From contig OZ253580.1 of assembly GCA_965263035.1 (NCBI GenBank), forward strand, positions 864,001 through 928,000: DNA of 64,000 nucleotides, written 5' to 3'. The DNA comes from Acidobacteriota bacterium. GTDB lineage: Bacteria > Acidobacteriota > UBA6911 > RPQK01 > JAJDTT01. Made by a program: the position numbers and the translations under genes. This document shows, one piece after another, positions 38,421-48,463 of the stretch (positions are counted from its first letter, which is position 1; each line of letters begins with the position of its first letter). The notes below the pieces were generated by a model, which did not search any database, had not been told where the DNA came from, and saw only the letters and a list, made by a program, of their open reading frames with translations.

Positions 38421-39131
38421 TTACGAAAATATCTGCCACACGGCGGACCCCACCATGGCGATCGCGATGGCGGGAAGCAGAAAAGCCAGCGTGGCGCCGA
38501 CCCGCCCCAGATCCTTGTCGATGCAGGTGGCTCCGATGCCCAGAACGATAGACTCCCAGATGGTGAAGAGGCCGATCGCGTTCATCCAGGTCCTAAAAAA
38601 CCCTTCGCCCAAGAATGGCAGAAGCGTTCCCACGCTGAGGTTCGCAAGAAGATCACCCGATTGAATCTGAAGCGGAATGCTGACCAGTCCACCGGCGTAG
38701 GCGACGAAGCCGGCGATCAGGACCATGGAGAAATATTGCCTGAAACGGCCTTCGCCCCCCAATATGCCTCGAAACAGGAGCAGGGCCCAAAGAGCGGTCA
38801 TCAACGCGGCGACGATCACGCCAACGGCCCCGGTAAGGAGATTCGTCACGCTGGTCGGGCTGAAGTCGTGAGAGTCCAGTTCAGCCGCGGCCGCGCCACC
38901 CATTCCCGGCATCTTGGAGAGCATCCTGCGAGTCGACTGTTCCACGACCTCCCCGGGGATCAGGAATGCGGCCAACACTCCCAACCCCAACAGCAAGAGC
39001 AACGGTCCCACCCAGGTGGGATTCTCGGCCACCGACTCCATCACGGCCCGTGGCTGGTGGAACACGCCGGTGACGCGCTGAAGAAGCGGCATCGGCTCGG
39101 GATTGGACGAATCGGTCTCGAAGTCGTTCAC
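38421..39131 (-). CDS. Yip1-family membrane protein
   Basis: GVFHQP...ESVAENPTW.GPL pattern and about five TM segments. Confidence 0.7.
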   Translation of the reverse strand: MNDFETDSSNPEPMPLLQRVTGVFHQPRAVMESVAENPTWVGPLLLLLGLGVLAAFLIPGEVVEQSTRRMLSKMPGMGGAAAAELDSHDFSPTSVTNLLTGAVGVIVAALMTALWALLLFRGILGGEGRFRQYFSMVLIAGFVAYAGGLVSIPLQIQSGDLLANLSVGTLLPFLGEGFFRTWMNAIGLFTIWESIVLGIGATCIDKDLGRVGATLAFLLPAIAIAMVGSAVWQIFS

Positions 39132-39165
39132 TGGCTTTACCTCCTCTTTTTCGAACCCTTCGAAC

Positions 39166-40125
39166 TCATTTCCAAGCCGCCCACTTCTCCAGGTGCAGGT
39201 ACCGGTCCACCTCCTTCGGGGCCAGCAGCCACATCAGCAGCGCCTTCTGGACGTGGAGCCGGTTCTCCGCCTGCTCGAACACCAGCGAGTAGGGAGCGTC
39301 GATGACCGCGTCGGTCACCTCCTGATTCCGGTGCGCCGGAAGGCAGTGCATGAAGAAGGAATCCTTGCCGGTCCGCGCCATCAATTCAGGTGTCACCTGA
39401 TAGGGCTTGAATTCGGCCAGTCTCTCCTGAGCCTCGGTTTCCTGGCCCATGCTGACCCAGGTGTCGGTATAGACGGCATCGGCTCCCCGGATTCCGTCGG
39501 GGGAATCGCTCCATTGACAGGAGGCGCGAGCGTTGGTGGACAGTTTCCGAAAATCCTCTTCCCAACCCGCATAGGGCTGCCGGTTTCGGGGAGTCACCGC
39601 CGTAAAGCACATGCCCGACAGGGCGGCCGCATGAACCAGGGACGCGCACACGTTGTTTCCGTCCCCGATGTAGGCCAGGGTCCGCCCTTCCACATTCGAC
39701 CACTTCTCCGTCAGGGTGAAGATGTCGGCCAAGGCCTGACAGGGATGTTCCGCGTCGGTGAGGGCGTTGATCACCGAGCAGCGGGCATACTCCGAGAGCT
39801 GGATCAGCACCTGGTGGGAGAAGGTGCGGGCCACCAGGCAGTCGAACCAGCGCTCCAGGTTCTTGGCCACGTCCCGCAGCGCCTCCCGCTCTCCCAGATT
39901 GGCCTCCTGATAGTCGAGATAGACGGCATCGCCTCCCAATTGTTGGATGCCCAGCTCGAAAGTCAGCCGGGTTCGCAGCGACGGCTTCTCGAAGATCAGG
40001 ACGATGCTCTTCCCCGGAATCATGCGTCTGAAATTGGGCGGGCGTGACTTGACCTCCCGGCTCAGATGCAGGAGTTGGTTCCACTGCCTGGGGTTCAGGT
40101 CCGCCAGAGAGATGAAGTCCCTCAT
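39166..40125 (-). CDS. argF: Ornithine carbamoyltransferase
   Basis: FEKPSLRTR, HPCQALAD, GDGNN, YTDTWVSMG, FMHCLPAHR, QAENRLH. Confidence 0.95.
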   Translation of the reverse strand: MRDFISLADLNPRQWNQLLHLSREVKSRPPNFRRMIPGKSIVLIFEKPSLRTRLTFELGIQQLGGDAVYLDYQEANLGEREALRDVAKNLERWFDCLVARTFSHQVLIQLSEYARCSVINALTDAEHPCQALADIFTLTEKWSNVEGRTLAYIGDGNNVCASLVHAAALSGMCFTAVTPRNRQPYAGWEEDFRKLSTNARASCQWSDSPDGIRGADAVYTDTWVSMGQETEAQERLAEFKPYQVTPELMARTGKDSFFMHCLPAHRNQEVTDAVIDAPYSLVFEQAENRLHVQKALLMWLLAPKEVDRYLHLEKWAAWK

Positions 40126-41537
40126 GGCTGTTCCTCCCTTGAAATACTTCCGTTCCCGTGGGTCCGGAGCCGGTCCTCCCAGCGGGCGATCTGTTCGCGA
40201 ATGGAGGCCAGTCCGGTGCTCCCCGAGTGGATCTTGTGATCGAGAGCGCCCTCCGGCTTCAAGACACCCTGGACGTCAGAACCGCACTGGGGTGCAAGCT
40301 CGCGGATCTCCTGCAGGGATAGTTGCCGGAGGGTGAGGTCATGCTTCACGCAGTAAGCCACCAGCCGCCCCACTTGTTCGTGTGCGGTTCGGAATGGAAC
40401 CCCTTGGGACACCAGGTGTTCCGCCAAGTCGGTGGCGGTGAGGAACCCCCTTTCCAGCGCCGGCCCGGTCCGACTCGAAACCACACGCATCCGGCTCACC
40501 ACCAGTCTCAATATCTCCAGCGTCTCTCCGACCGTGTCCACGGCGGGGAAAAGGTGTTCCTTGTCCTGCTGCAGATCGCGGTGGTAGGAACTGGGCAGAC
40601 CCTTCAAAAGCGTCGCCAGAGCCGTCGCGTGCCCCAGGACCGTGGCCGTTTTTCCCCGGCACAGCTCCAGGAGATCCGGGTTTTTCTTCTGGGGCATCAT
40701 GCTGCTGCCGGTGCAGAGGGACTCGGGAAGCTCCACCCATCCCACCGGTGTGCTGGAGAAATAGATCAGGTCTTCGGCCATCCGGCTGGCGTGGAGCATG
40801 ATCTGGGTGGCGATCTGCAGCAGCTCCAGCAGGAAATCGCGATCTCCCACGACGTCGTAGCTGTTCCCGAAGCTGGAGGCGAATCCCAGGTCCCGGGCGG
40901 TCTGGCCCGGGTCCAGCGGCAAGGTGCTGCCGGCCAGGGCGCCGGCGCCCAGGGGGCTGACGCTGTGGAGGCGCCGGTAGCCGGCCAGCCTCTGGTGGTC
41001 CCGGTCGAACATCTCGCAATAGGCCAGCAGATAGTGCGCCCAGGAGATGGGCTGGGCCGCCTGGAGGTGCGTCCATCCCGGAAAGAGTTCCCGCTCCAGC
41101 TTCAGGGTCCGGGACAGGAGTGTCTCTTGAGCCCGCCGGATCATCTCCTGCCATCCCAGCGCCGCGTCCAGGCAGAACAGCTTCAGATCCACGGCCACCT
41201 GGTCGTTGCGGCTTCGCCCAGTGTGGAGCCGGCGTCCCTCCTCCCCCACCAGTTCGCAGAGGCGGACCTCGATGTTCATGTGAATGTCTTCCAATTCGTC
41301 CCGGTATGGAAACCGTCCGGAGCGGATCTCCTCCTGAACCTGGTCCAGTCCCTGGAGGATCCGGTCCCGGTCCCGCTGGCTGAGGATCCCCTGCCGGAAC
41401 AACATTCTGACGTGGGCCCGGCTGCCCTGGATGTCGTAGCGGGCCAATCGCCGGTCCAGATGGAGAGACCGGGTATAGTCCTGGACTGCCTTGTCCGGAT
41501 CTTCCGTGAAACGGCCTGCCCAGGGGGATCGGGTCAT
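40122..41537 (-). CDS. argH: Argininosuccinate lyase
   Basis: WAGRF, EDIHMNIE, HTGRSRNDQ, THLQ.AQP, TGSSMMPQKKNPD. Confidence 0.95.
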   Translation of the reverse strand: MTRSPWAGRFTEDPDKAVQDYTRSLHLDRRLARYDIQGSRAHVRMLFRQGILSQRDRDRILQGLDQVQEEIRSGRFPYRDELEDIHMNIEVRLCELVGEEGRRLHTGRSRNDQVAVDLKLFCLDAALGWQEMIRRAQETLLSRTLKLERELFPGWTHLQAAQPISWAHYLLAYCEMFDRDHQRLAGYRRLHSVSPLGAGALAGSTLPLDPGQTARDLGFASSFGNSYDVVGDRDFLLELLQIATQIMLHASRMAEDLIYFSSTPVGWVELPESLCTGSSMMPQKKNPDLLELCRGKTATVLGHATALATLLKGLPSSYHRDLQQDKEHLFPAVDTVGETLEILRLVVSRMRVVSSRTGPALERGFLTATDLAEHLVSQGVPFRTAHEQVGRLVAYCVKHDLTLRQLSLQEIRELAPQCGSDVQGVLKPEGALDHKIHSGSTGLASIREQIARWEDRLRTHGNGSISREEQP

Positions 41538-41560
41538 GGTGTGCCCTCTTCCTCCGATCC

Positions 41561-42799
41561 TCAGGATCCGGCTGCGACCGGCTCCCGGCCCCGGCGTGTC
41601 CGGTCGTCCCGCAGAGAGGCGATCCGGAGACGAAGCCCGTTGAGGCGGATGAACCCTTCCGCATCCGCCTGGCTGTAGACCTCGTCGGTCTCGAACGTGG
41701 CGTAGTCCGGATCGTAGAGGCTCAGGGGAGACCGGCGCCCCAACAGAGTGCAGTTTCCCTTGTAGAGCCGGACCTTGACCTCCCCGGTCACCCGCTGCTG
41801 GGATTCCCGTACCAGACCCAGCAGCATCTTCATCTCGGGCGAAAACCAGAACCCGTTGTAAATCAGGGTGGCCATGCGGCTAGAGAGCTCCCCCTTCAGG
41901 TGCGCCGCCTCCCGATCCAGCGTCAACGACTCAAGAGCCCGATGGGCCTTGTGAAGAACGGTCGCGCCCGGCGTCTCGTAGACTCCCCGGGACTTCATGC
42001 CCACCATGCGGTTCTCCACCAGGTCGACCCGTCCGATCCCATGGCCGCCCCCCAGCCGGTTCAACTCCTCCAGCATCCGGATCGGACCCAGTTCCCGGTC
42101 GTCAAGACGGACGGGAACTCCCCGGTGGAAGCCGATGATCAGGTCCTGGGGCATGTCGGGAGCTTCACCGACCGCCACGGTTCTCAGGAAGATGTCCTCG
42201 GGAGGCGCGCTCCACGGATCTTCCAGGATGCCTCCCTCGTATGAGGTGTGCATCAGGTTCTGGTCGATGCTGTACGGCTTCTCCTCCGTCGAAGTGATGG
42301 GGATTCCATTTTCCCGCGAATAGCGGATCAGGTCCCGCCGACCCCGAAACTCCCAGGTGCGCCATGGAGCCAGGATTCGGATACCTGGGGCCAGCGCCTG
42401 GTAGGTCAGCTCGAAGCGGACCTGGTCGTTGCCCTTGCCCGTGGCGCCGTGAGCGACGCAGTCGGCCCCCCATTCCTGGGCGACCCGAACCTGCTCTCGA
42501 GCGATCACGGGCCGGGCCAACGAGGTTCCCAACAGGTATTCTCCCTCGTAGACGGCGTGGGCTTGGACCGCCGGAAAGACGAACTCTTCGACGAAGGAGC
42601 GCCTCAGGTCCGAGACCACCACCTCGTCGGCCCCGGTTCGGCGCGCTTTCCCCTTGATCTCCTCCAGGTCCTCCCCCTGCCCCACGTCGGCCAGGAAAGC
42701 CAGAACCGGACATCCATACTTCGCCTTCAGCCAATGGAGCATGGCGGACGTATCCAATCCACCCGAATAGGCCAGGACGATCTTCTTTACCTCTTGCAC
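41561..42799 (-). CDS. argG: Argininosuccinate synthase
   Basis: LAYSGGLDTS, YLLGTSLARP, HGATGKGNDQVRFE, GMKSRGVYETPG; start reassigned to GTG 42799. Confidence 0.95.
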   Translation of the reverse strand: MQEVKKIVLAYSGGLDTSAMLHWLKAKYGCPVLAFLADVGQGEDLEEIKGKARRTGADEVVVSDLRRSFVEEFVFPAVQAHAVYEGEYLLGTSLARPVIAREQVRVAQEWGADCVAHGATGKGNDQVRFELTYQALAPGIRILAPWRTWEFRGRRDLIRYSRENGIPITSTEEKPYSIDQNLMHTSYEGGILEDPWSAPPEDIFLRTVAVGEAPDMPQDLIIGFHRGVPVRLDDRELGPIRMLEELNRLGGGHGIGRVDLVENRMVGMKSRGVYETPGATVLHKAHRALESLTLDREAAHLKGELSSRMATLIYNGFWFSPEMKMLLGLVRESQQRVTGEVKVRLYKGNCTLLGRRSPLSLYDPDYATFETDEVYSQADAEGFIRLNGLRLRIASLRDDRTRRGREPVAAGS

Positions 42800-42840
42800 C
42801 AGCTTGACCCTTTCTCTGTCTCGCTTCGTCTCCGGAGGCG

Positions 42841-43284
42841 TCACCGGTCTCGCCGCGAGCCGGGATCTCCACCCCGAGCTCCCAGCTCGCGCTTCACCTG
42901 ACAGGCGTCGTGGCCGTCGGCGACGACTGCCAGGAGGGTGTCCTCTCCCGCCACGGTGCCCAGAACCCCCGCCAGACCCATCTCGTCGATCCGGTAGGCG
43001 ACTGCCGGAGCCATCCCTGCCTCCGTACGCACCACGAGGAGATTGCCGCTGACCTCGCAACTCCAAAAGAGCGGAGCGCTTCGATTCTCCCGGAACGCAT
43101 ATTTATACCCACCCTCATCGTCCACGGTCTTGATCACGCCCAGTTCCTTCAGATCCCTGGAGAGCGTGGCCTGGGTGACACTCAAACCCTTGACTATTAA
43201 TGCCTTTCTCAAAGACTTCTGGCTGGAAACGGTTTCGGTTTCCAGGATTCGGACGATGGCATCCTGTCTCAGTTTTTTATTCAT
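42841..43284 (-). CDS. argR: Arginine repressor
   Basis: VTQATLSRDLKEL helix-turn-helix and GTVAGEDT; start ATG 43284. Confidence 0.9.
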   Translation of the reverse strand: MNKKLRQDAIVRILETETVSSQKSLRKALIVKGLSVTQATLSRDLKELGVIKTVDDEGGYKYAFRENRSAPLFWSCEVSGNLLVVRTEAGMAPAVAYRIDEMGLAGVLGTVAGEDTLLAVVADGHDACQVKRELGARGGDPGSRRDR

Positions 43285-43294
43285 TTCCAGGGAG

Positions 43295-43312
43295 AATGCA
43301 ATTTTATTCACA
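43295..43312 (-). promoter_or_regulatory. ARG box (ArgR operator)
   Basis: TGTGAATAAAATTGCATT, one mismatch to WNTGNATWWWWATNCANW, 10 nt upstream of the argR ATG; a half box AATGAATAAAA overlaps the start codon. Confidence 0.75.
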
Positions 43313-43365
43313 ATTTCCCCCGGAGTCAAGGTGACGGGAGTGAGCAGCCGGGCGGTCGCCCGGAA

Positions 43366-44448
43366 TCAGGCGATTTTCTTGAAGGAACTGTAGACGGAGT
43401 TTCTCTGAGCGGGAACGAAGCCGGCGTCGAGGATCAACCGAATCAGGTCCGAGCGCCGAGCCGAGTAGTGGGCGCCGGCAGTGCTGATCACGTTCTCCTC
43501 GATCATGATGCTGCCCACGTCATTGGCGCCGAAGTGGAGCGCGATCTGGCCCACCTGCAGGCCCTGGGTCAACCAGGAGACCTGGAGGTTGAGGATGTTG
43601 TCCAGATATATCCGCGCAACCGCCAGCAGAGTGAGGTATTCCACCGCCGGAACCTCCCGCCGGATGGACTCCTGCATGGGGGTCCCGTCCAGCTGGACGT
43701 TCCATGGGATGAAGGCCACGAACCCTCCCGTCTCATCCTGGAGACTGCGGAGGGCTTCCAGATGTTCGATCCGCTCCTGGAGGGTTTCGCCACCTCCGAT
43801 CATCATGGTGGCGGTGGTGGGGAGGCCCTCTTCATGGCCGATGCGCATCACCTCCAACCACTGCCGGGCGGTACACTTTCCGGGACTGATATCCCGGCGC
43901 ATCCTCTCGGTCAGGATCTCGGCGCCGCCGCCGGGAATGGATCGGAGTCCCGCCGCCTTCAACCTCCGAATCGATTCCCGGAGGGAGAGCCGGCTGAGCC
44001 GGGCCAGGACGACGATCTCCGGTGGCGAAAAACAGTGAAGGTGGATGGCGGGGTAGCGCTCCCGTATGGAGCTGAGCAGTTCTTCGTAATAATCGATCTT
44101 GAGATCAGGATGCATGCCCCCCTGCATCAAGATCCCGGTCCCGCCCAGCGCCAGAGTCTCCTCGACCTTCCTGAAGATGGTCTCATTGGACAGGACATAG
44201 CCCTCGTCGTGACCGGGGCGCCGGTAGAAGTTGCAGAAGGTGCAACGGGCGACGCACACATTGGTGTAGTTGATGTTCCGGTCCACCAGGAAGGAGACCA
44301 CCCCGTCCGAATGGAGTCGGCGGCGCATCCAGTCGGCGGCCTGACCCAACTGCTGAAGCTCACCGGACTTCAATAGGAGGAGAGCGTCGGACGGCTCCAG
44401 CCGCTTTCCCCGATACACCCCGTCCAAGATGCTCTCAGGCGTCTTCAT
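43366..44448 (-). CDS. mqnC: Cyclic dehypoxanthine futalosine synthase (radical SAM)
   Basis: DRNINYTNVCVARCTFC (CxxxCxxC), MQGG.HP, FSPPEI, SIPGGGAEIL, FGAND.GSIMIEENV. Confidence 0.88.
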   Translation of the reverse strand: MKTPESILDGVYRGKRLEPSDALLLLKSGELQQLGQAADWMRRRLHSDGVVSFLVDRNINYTNVCVARCTFCNFYRRPGHDEGYVLSNETIFRKVEETLALGGTGILMQGGMHPDLKIDYYEELLSSIRERYPAIHLHCFSPPEIVVLARLSRLSLRESIRRLKAAGLRSIPGGGAEILTERMRRDISPGKCTARQWLEVMRIGHEEGLPTTATMMIGGGETLQERIEHLEALRSLQDETGGFVAFIPWNVQLDGTPMQESIRREVPAVEYLTLLAVARIYLDNILNLQVSWLTQGLQVGQIALHFGANDVGSIMIEENVISTAGAHYSARRSDLIRLILDAGFVPAQRNSVYSSFKKIA

Positions 44449-44639
44449 GACGAACGTATTTTAGCAGCCCGTTCCGAAACTCGCCGTGGCGCCCGACCGA
44501 CCCGCCCAGCGGCCGGAGAGCCATGTTTTCCCTATTTCCTCTTTACTCTTTCCCCATTCTCTCTCCGCCCTCTGCTACAATCGCGCGAATCGGCAATTTG
44601 CCCGGAAACCAGTTGGACGGTCCCACACAGGGCAACATC

Positions 44640-44837
44640 ATGATCTGGACACCTCTGGCTTATCTCGACCCTGGATCGGGGAGTCTTTTTCTTCAACTGC
44701 TGTTAGGGGGCATCGCGGGGGTGGCCGTCTTGGGTAAACTCCTCTGGCAGCGGATTATTGCGGCCTTCGGGATCCGGCCCGGTTCCCCGGACAGAAACGC
44801 CGCTTCCCTGCAGCAGACCGACCGGAAGAAGAAATAG
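44640..44837 (+). CDS. Small membrane protein with AYLDPGSGS motif
   Basis: MIWTPLAYLDPGSGSLFLQLLLGGIAGVAV; extended -10 TGCTACAAT at 44573-44581. Confidence 0.7.
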   Translation: MIWTPLAYLDPGSGSLFLQLLLGGIAGVAVLGKLLWQRIIAAFGIRPGSPDRNAASLQQTDRKKK

Positions 44838-44880
44838 CGGATCCCGACGCCTCCGGTCTGACGCTTGATGTTCCCTTCTC

Positions 44881-46281
44881 ATGTCTGAAGTTCGAAGCGA
44901 GCCGGGATCGTTCCGTGATCGTCATGGGCGCGTCTTCTACAAGGACGGCGCCGTCTACCGCGCCCTCAGCCGTCATTCCCTTACGGCTTGGCACACACTG
45001 GAGAAGACCCGGTTCTTTCCGCGATTGGTGGAGGAGGGTCTGATCGTCAAGACCGGTCTGGCGGACGCCGCCGCGTTGGCGTCCTCGGCAGCGCCGCCCG
45101 GAGACTGGGCGGGAATTTTGCGCCACGAGACCATCCCCTACGTCTCCTATCCCTACGAGTGGTCGTTCCCAATGCTGCAGGACGCCGCCCTGCTGCAACT
45201 GCGCCTCATTTCCGAGTCTCTGGCCGAAGGGATGATCCTCAAGGACGCCACCCCCTACAACGTTCAATGGAACGGGGTCCGGCCCGTCTTCATTGACATT
45301 CCGTCCTTTGAGCCGTGGCCCCCGGGCGGAGCCTGGACCGGATACCGGCAGTTCTGCAGCCTCTACTTGTACCCGCTGATGTTGCAGGCTTATCGAAATC
45401 TGCCGTTCCAACCGTGGCTGAGAGGAAGTCTGGACGGAATCTCTCCCCGGGAATGCCGCGACCTGCTTTCGAGCCGGGACCTGTTCCGCTCCGGAGTCCT
45501 GCTCCACGTCTGGCTCCAGAGCCGTTTCCAGGAAAAATACGGCGCCCGTCGGGAGAGCGCCAGCCAGCTTCTCAAGGACGCCGGGTTCAACCGGAAGGCG
45601 ATTCTCTCCAACGTCGGGCGTCTGACTCGGCTGGTCTCACGACTGAGATGGACGCCTTCCGCCTCCCAGTGGACCGGATACGCCGGGGACAACACCTATT
45701 CCGGGCTCGACCGGGAGGCCAAACGGGAATTCGTTCGCTGGGCGGTGGGTCGAAAGCGATGGAAGATGTCGTGGGACCTGGGGGCCAACACGGGTGACTA
45801 CTCGCGTCTGGCGGCCGCCGGCTCCGATACCGTCCTGGCCATGGATCGAGATTCGGCCTCGGTGGACCTCCTCTACCGGGACCTGCGCCGGGAGGGTCCC
45901 GCCAACATACTGCCACTGGTGGTCAACTTGGCCGACCCCTCACCGTCCCTGGGGTGGCGCTGCTTGGAACGAACCTCCCTGACCGAGCGCGGGTCCCCCG
46001 AGTTGGTCCTCTGCCTCGCTCTGATCCATCACATGGTCATCGACGCCAACATTCCCCTGGCCGAGTTCGTCCAATGGCTCTCGGGGCTGGGTTGCTCTCT
46101 GGTCATCGAATTCGTGCGGCGGGACGACCCCATGGTCAAGATGCTGCTGCGAAACAAGGAAGATCAGTACACCGACTACCGGATGGACTACTTCGAGGAG
46201 TGCCTGGGAAAATGCTTCCGAGTCCACCGGCGCCAGGAGCTTCCCTCCGGGTCCAGAGTCCTCTACTTCGCGGAGGCGTGA
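44881..46281 (+). CDS. NoeA-like class I SAM-dependent methyltransferase
   Basis: GSFRD, VSYPYEWSF.ML.DAA, LKDATPYNVQ, DLGANTG, LALIHH, EFV..DDPMV. Confidence 0.8.
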   Translation: MSEVRSEPGSFRDRHGRVFYKDGAVYRALSRHSLTAWHTLEKTRFFPRLVEEGLIVKTGLADAAALASSAAPPGDWAGILRHETIPYVSYPYEWSFPMLQDAALLQLRLISESLAEGMILKDATPYNVQWNGVRPVFIDIPSFEPWPPGGAWTGYRQFCSLYLYPLMLQAYRNLPFQPWLRGSLDGISPRECRDLLSSRDLFRSGVLLHVWLQSRFQEKYGARRESASQLLKDAGFNRKAILSNVGRLTRLVSRLRWTPSASQWTGYAGDNTYSGLDREAKREFVRWAVGRKRWKMSWDLGANTGDYSRLAAAGSDTVLAMDRDSASVDLLYRDLRREGPANILPLVVNLADPSPSLGWRCLERTSLTERGSPELVLCLALIHHMVIDANIPLAEFVQWLSGLGCSLVIEFVRRDDPMVKMLLRNKEDQYTDYRMDYFEECLGKCFRVHRRQELPSGSRVLYFAEA

Positions 46282-46450
46282 CCGGGAAGGGCGATGCCTT
46301 CCAACTCCAGCAGCCGGTCGCTGCGCCTACCGGGCCTTCGCGTATGGCTGGTTCGCCCGGTTTCCGAACACACGACTGGCTTTCGAGTAGCGTGTGAAGG
46401 GAATAGAATGAGGTCAAATCGCCTGTTTCCTCACTGCTCAGGAGTATCCA

Positions 46451-48247
46451 ATGCCAAACCAGTGTCGATTGCCATCCGTCTCGATCCCGCTGACCATCCT
46501 CCTGCTCGCCGGCGCCGCGCTGGCGGCAGGCAATGCACTCCAGGGTGCAAAGGAACCCAGGTCCCAGCCCGAGTATCGCATCAGGACTCAAATCAACCTG
46601 AAGGTTCCCATGCGCGACGGTGTGAATCTGGCGGCCGATGTCTTTCGTCCTGACGCACCCGGAAAATTTCCGACACTGCTCCTGCGCAGCTATCACGGGA
46701 CGCAGGGGTATATGAAGATGGCCCTGTACTTCGCCCGAAGAGGCTATGCAGTGGTCATGGTGGACGTCCGAGGCCGCTACGATTCGGACGGAGAATTCGA
46801 ATTCTACGTGTACGAACCGGAGGACGGCTACGATACCCAGCAGTGGGTGGGGAAACAGAGCTGGTGCAATGGAAAAATCGGCACCTTCGGCCATTCCTAC
46901 AACGGCTTCACCCAGCTGATGCCGGCGCCATTGCAGAGTCCTCATGTCCTGTGCATGATCCCCAGCTCCTGCCAGCAGACCAATTTCGGACATATCTACA
47001 ACGATGGCGTGCTCCAGCTCAACGTCGTGATCACGGCCGGTCTCTTCGGTTCCGGAAGAGTGCTGCAGCCCACCATCGCCGGTGTCTACTCGGGAGATCC
47101 CTTTCTCGACTATGACGAGATCTATCGGCGATTGCCGTTGATTACGGCCCTGGATGACATTGTGGATTTACCCAACGTCAAGAAATGGATTGAGCATTCC
47201 ACCTATGACGAGTACTGGAAGGCGCACGGAATCAGGGACAAGTACCATCTCATCCAGGCCCCTGCCTATTTCGTCAACGGCTGGTACGGCAATCTCCTGC
47301 TCGAAGGCTGGAGAAACCTGAATGGGTTTCGCCAACACGGAGGATCTGCCGCCGCCCGGGAGGGAACCAAGATCATCGTCGGGCCCTGGACCCACGCGGT
47401 AAATCGCGTGGACCCGGACTGGCCCGTAGACTTCGGCGAGAACGCAACCTACGACAGTCTTGATTTTCATGTGCGCTGGTATGACTTCTGGCTCAAGGGG
47501 ATGGAAAACGGCATTGGGGAGCAGCCGCCCATCAAGATCTTCGTGATGGGAGCGAACCAGTGGCGCTTCGAGAATGAATGGCCTCTGGAGCGAACCCGAT
47601 TCACGCCGTTCTATCTGCACAGTGGCGGAAAGGCCAATTCGCTCCGCGGTGACGGATCTCTGACGACCGAAGAACCCGGCCTGAATCCTCCTGCGGACGG
47701 CTTTGGCTACGATCCGAAGAATCCCGTCCCCACCTTGGGCGGGCGGATCTCCACGAATCCCGAGCTCCAGGGCCCGCAGGATCGGCAAGCGATACAGGAG
47801 CGTCAGGATATTCTCGTCTACACCTCGGAACCCCTGGAGGAGGACCTGGAAGTCACCGGGCCAGTGGAGCTCAAATTGTATGCCGCGTCGAGTGCCGTGG
47901 ACACGGACTTCACCGCAGCCCTGACCGATGTCTACCCGGACGGTCGAGCCATCCTCATCTGTGAGGGAATCCGGAGAGCCAGCTTTCGGGAGTCACTGGA
48001 GCATCCGACTCCGATCGAACCTGGTAAGGTCTATGAATACGCCATCAGCCTGTGGGAGACCAGCAACGTCTTCAAGGCGGGTCACCGGATTCGCGTCGAG
48101 GTCTCGAGCAGTGACTTTCCCCGCTATGCCCGGAATCTGAACACAGGGAACCGGTCCGGGATGAGTGCCGAGATGTTGAAGGCCCGCCAGACCATCCATC
48201 ACAGCGGGCGGTATCCGTCCCGTCTGGTGCTGCCGGTTATTCCGTAA
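46451..48247 (+). CDS. CocE/NonD family hydrolase, secreted
   Basis: PMRDGV.LAAD, DVRGRY.SDG, WCNGKIG.FGHSY (nucleophile Ser), GPWTH, SSSDFPRY.RNLNTG. Confidence 0.92.
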   Translation: MPNQCRLPSVSIPLTILLLAGAALAAGNALQGAKEPRSQPEYRIRTQINLKVPMRDGVNLAADVFRPDAPGKFPTLLLRSYHGTQGYMKMALYFARRGYAVVMVDVRGRYDSDGEFEFYVYEPEDGYDTQQWVGKQSWCNGKIGTFGHSYNGFTQLMPAPLQSPHVLCMIPSSCQQTNFGHIYNDGVLQLNVVITAGLFGSGRVLQPTIAGVYSGDPFLDYDEIYRRLPLITALDDIVDLPNVKKWIEHSTYDEYWKAHGIRDKYHLIQAPAYFVNGWYGNLLLEGWRNLNGFRQHGGSAAAREGTKIIVGPWTHAVNRVDPDWPVDFGENATYDSLDFHVRWYDFWLKGMENGIGEQPPIKIFVMGANQWRFENEWPLERTRFTPFYLHSGGKANSLRGDGSLTTEEPGLNPPADGFGYDPKNPVPTLGGRISTNPELQGPQDRQAIQERQDILVYTSEPLEEDLEVTGPVELKLYAASSAVDTDFTAALTDVYPDGRAILICEGIRRASFRESLEHPTPIEPGKVYEYAISLWETSNVFKAGHRIRVEVSSSDFPRYARNLNTGNRSGMSAEMLKARQTIHHSGRYPSRLVLPVIP

Positions 48248-48263
48248 GGCCGGTCTCCTGCCG

Positions 48264-48297
48264 AGAGGCGGTGAATATCCGCGGCTTCCGCCTCTTT
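48264..48297 (+). terminator. Possible terminator hairpin after the CocE gene
   Basis: AGAGGCGG-N16-CCGCCTCT followed by only a short T run. Confidence 0.35.
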
Positions 48298-48304
48298 GGC
48301 TTGG

Positions 48305-48463
48305 CAGCCCGTGGCAAAAGTCGTCACGGCATTCGACTGTCCCTGCATCGTGCGCGGACTGCGTTGCTATCGGCTCACATACTCCCGGTATGCTCCCTCA
48401 TCGCGCCTTGTCCGGCGGGCGCAGGAACGGTCTCGGTGCTCGCGGGATTTTCACCACGGACTG
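48305..48463 (-). mobile_element. MITE-like ~160-bp inverted-repeat element, copy 1
   Basis: Reverse complement closely matches 59931-60088 and 61810-61970; 18-bp imperfect terminal inverted repeats. Confidence 0.8.

Noticed and set aside
38385-44376. Long alternative-frame ORFs (for example 40323-41678, 40339-41664, 39103-40047)
   Set aside because: They overlap arg and mqnC genes, are Arg/Pro/Gly-rich, and are expected in high-GC DNA.
44461-44480. TAGCAGCCCGT resembling a terminus of the MITE
   Set aside because: Only about 9 nt match and no partner end exists; the minus strand reads TGCTAAAAT, better explained as an extended -10 for a nearly leaderless mqnC.
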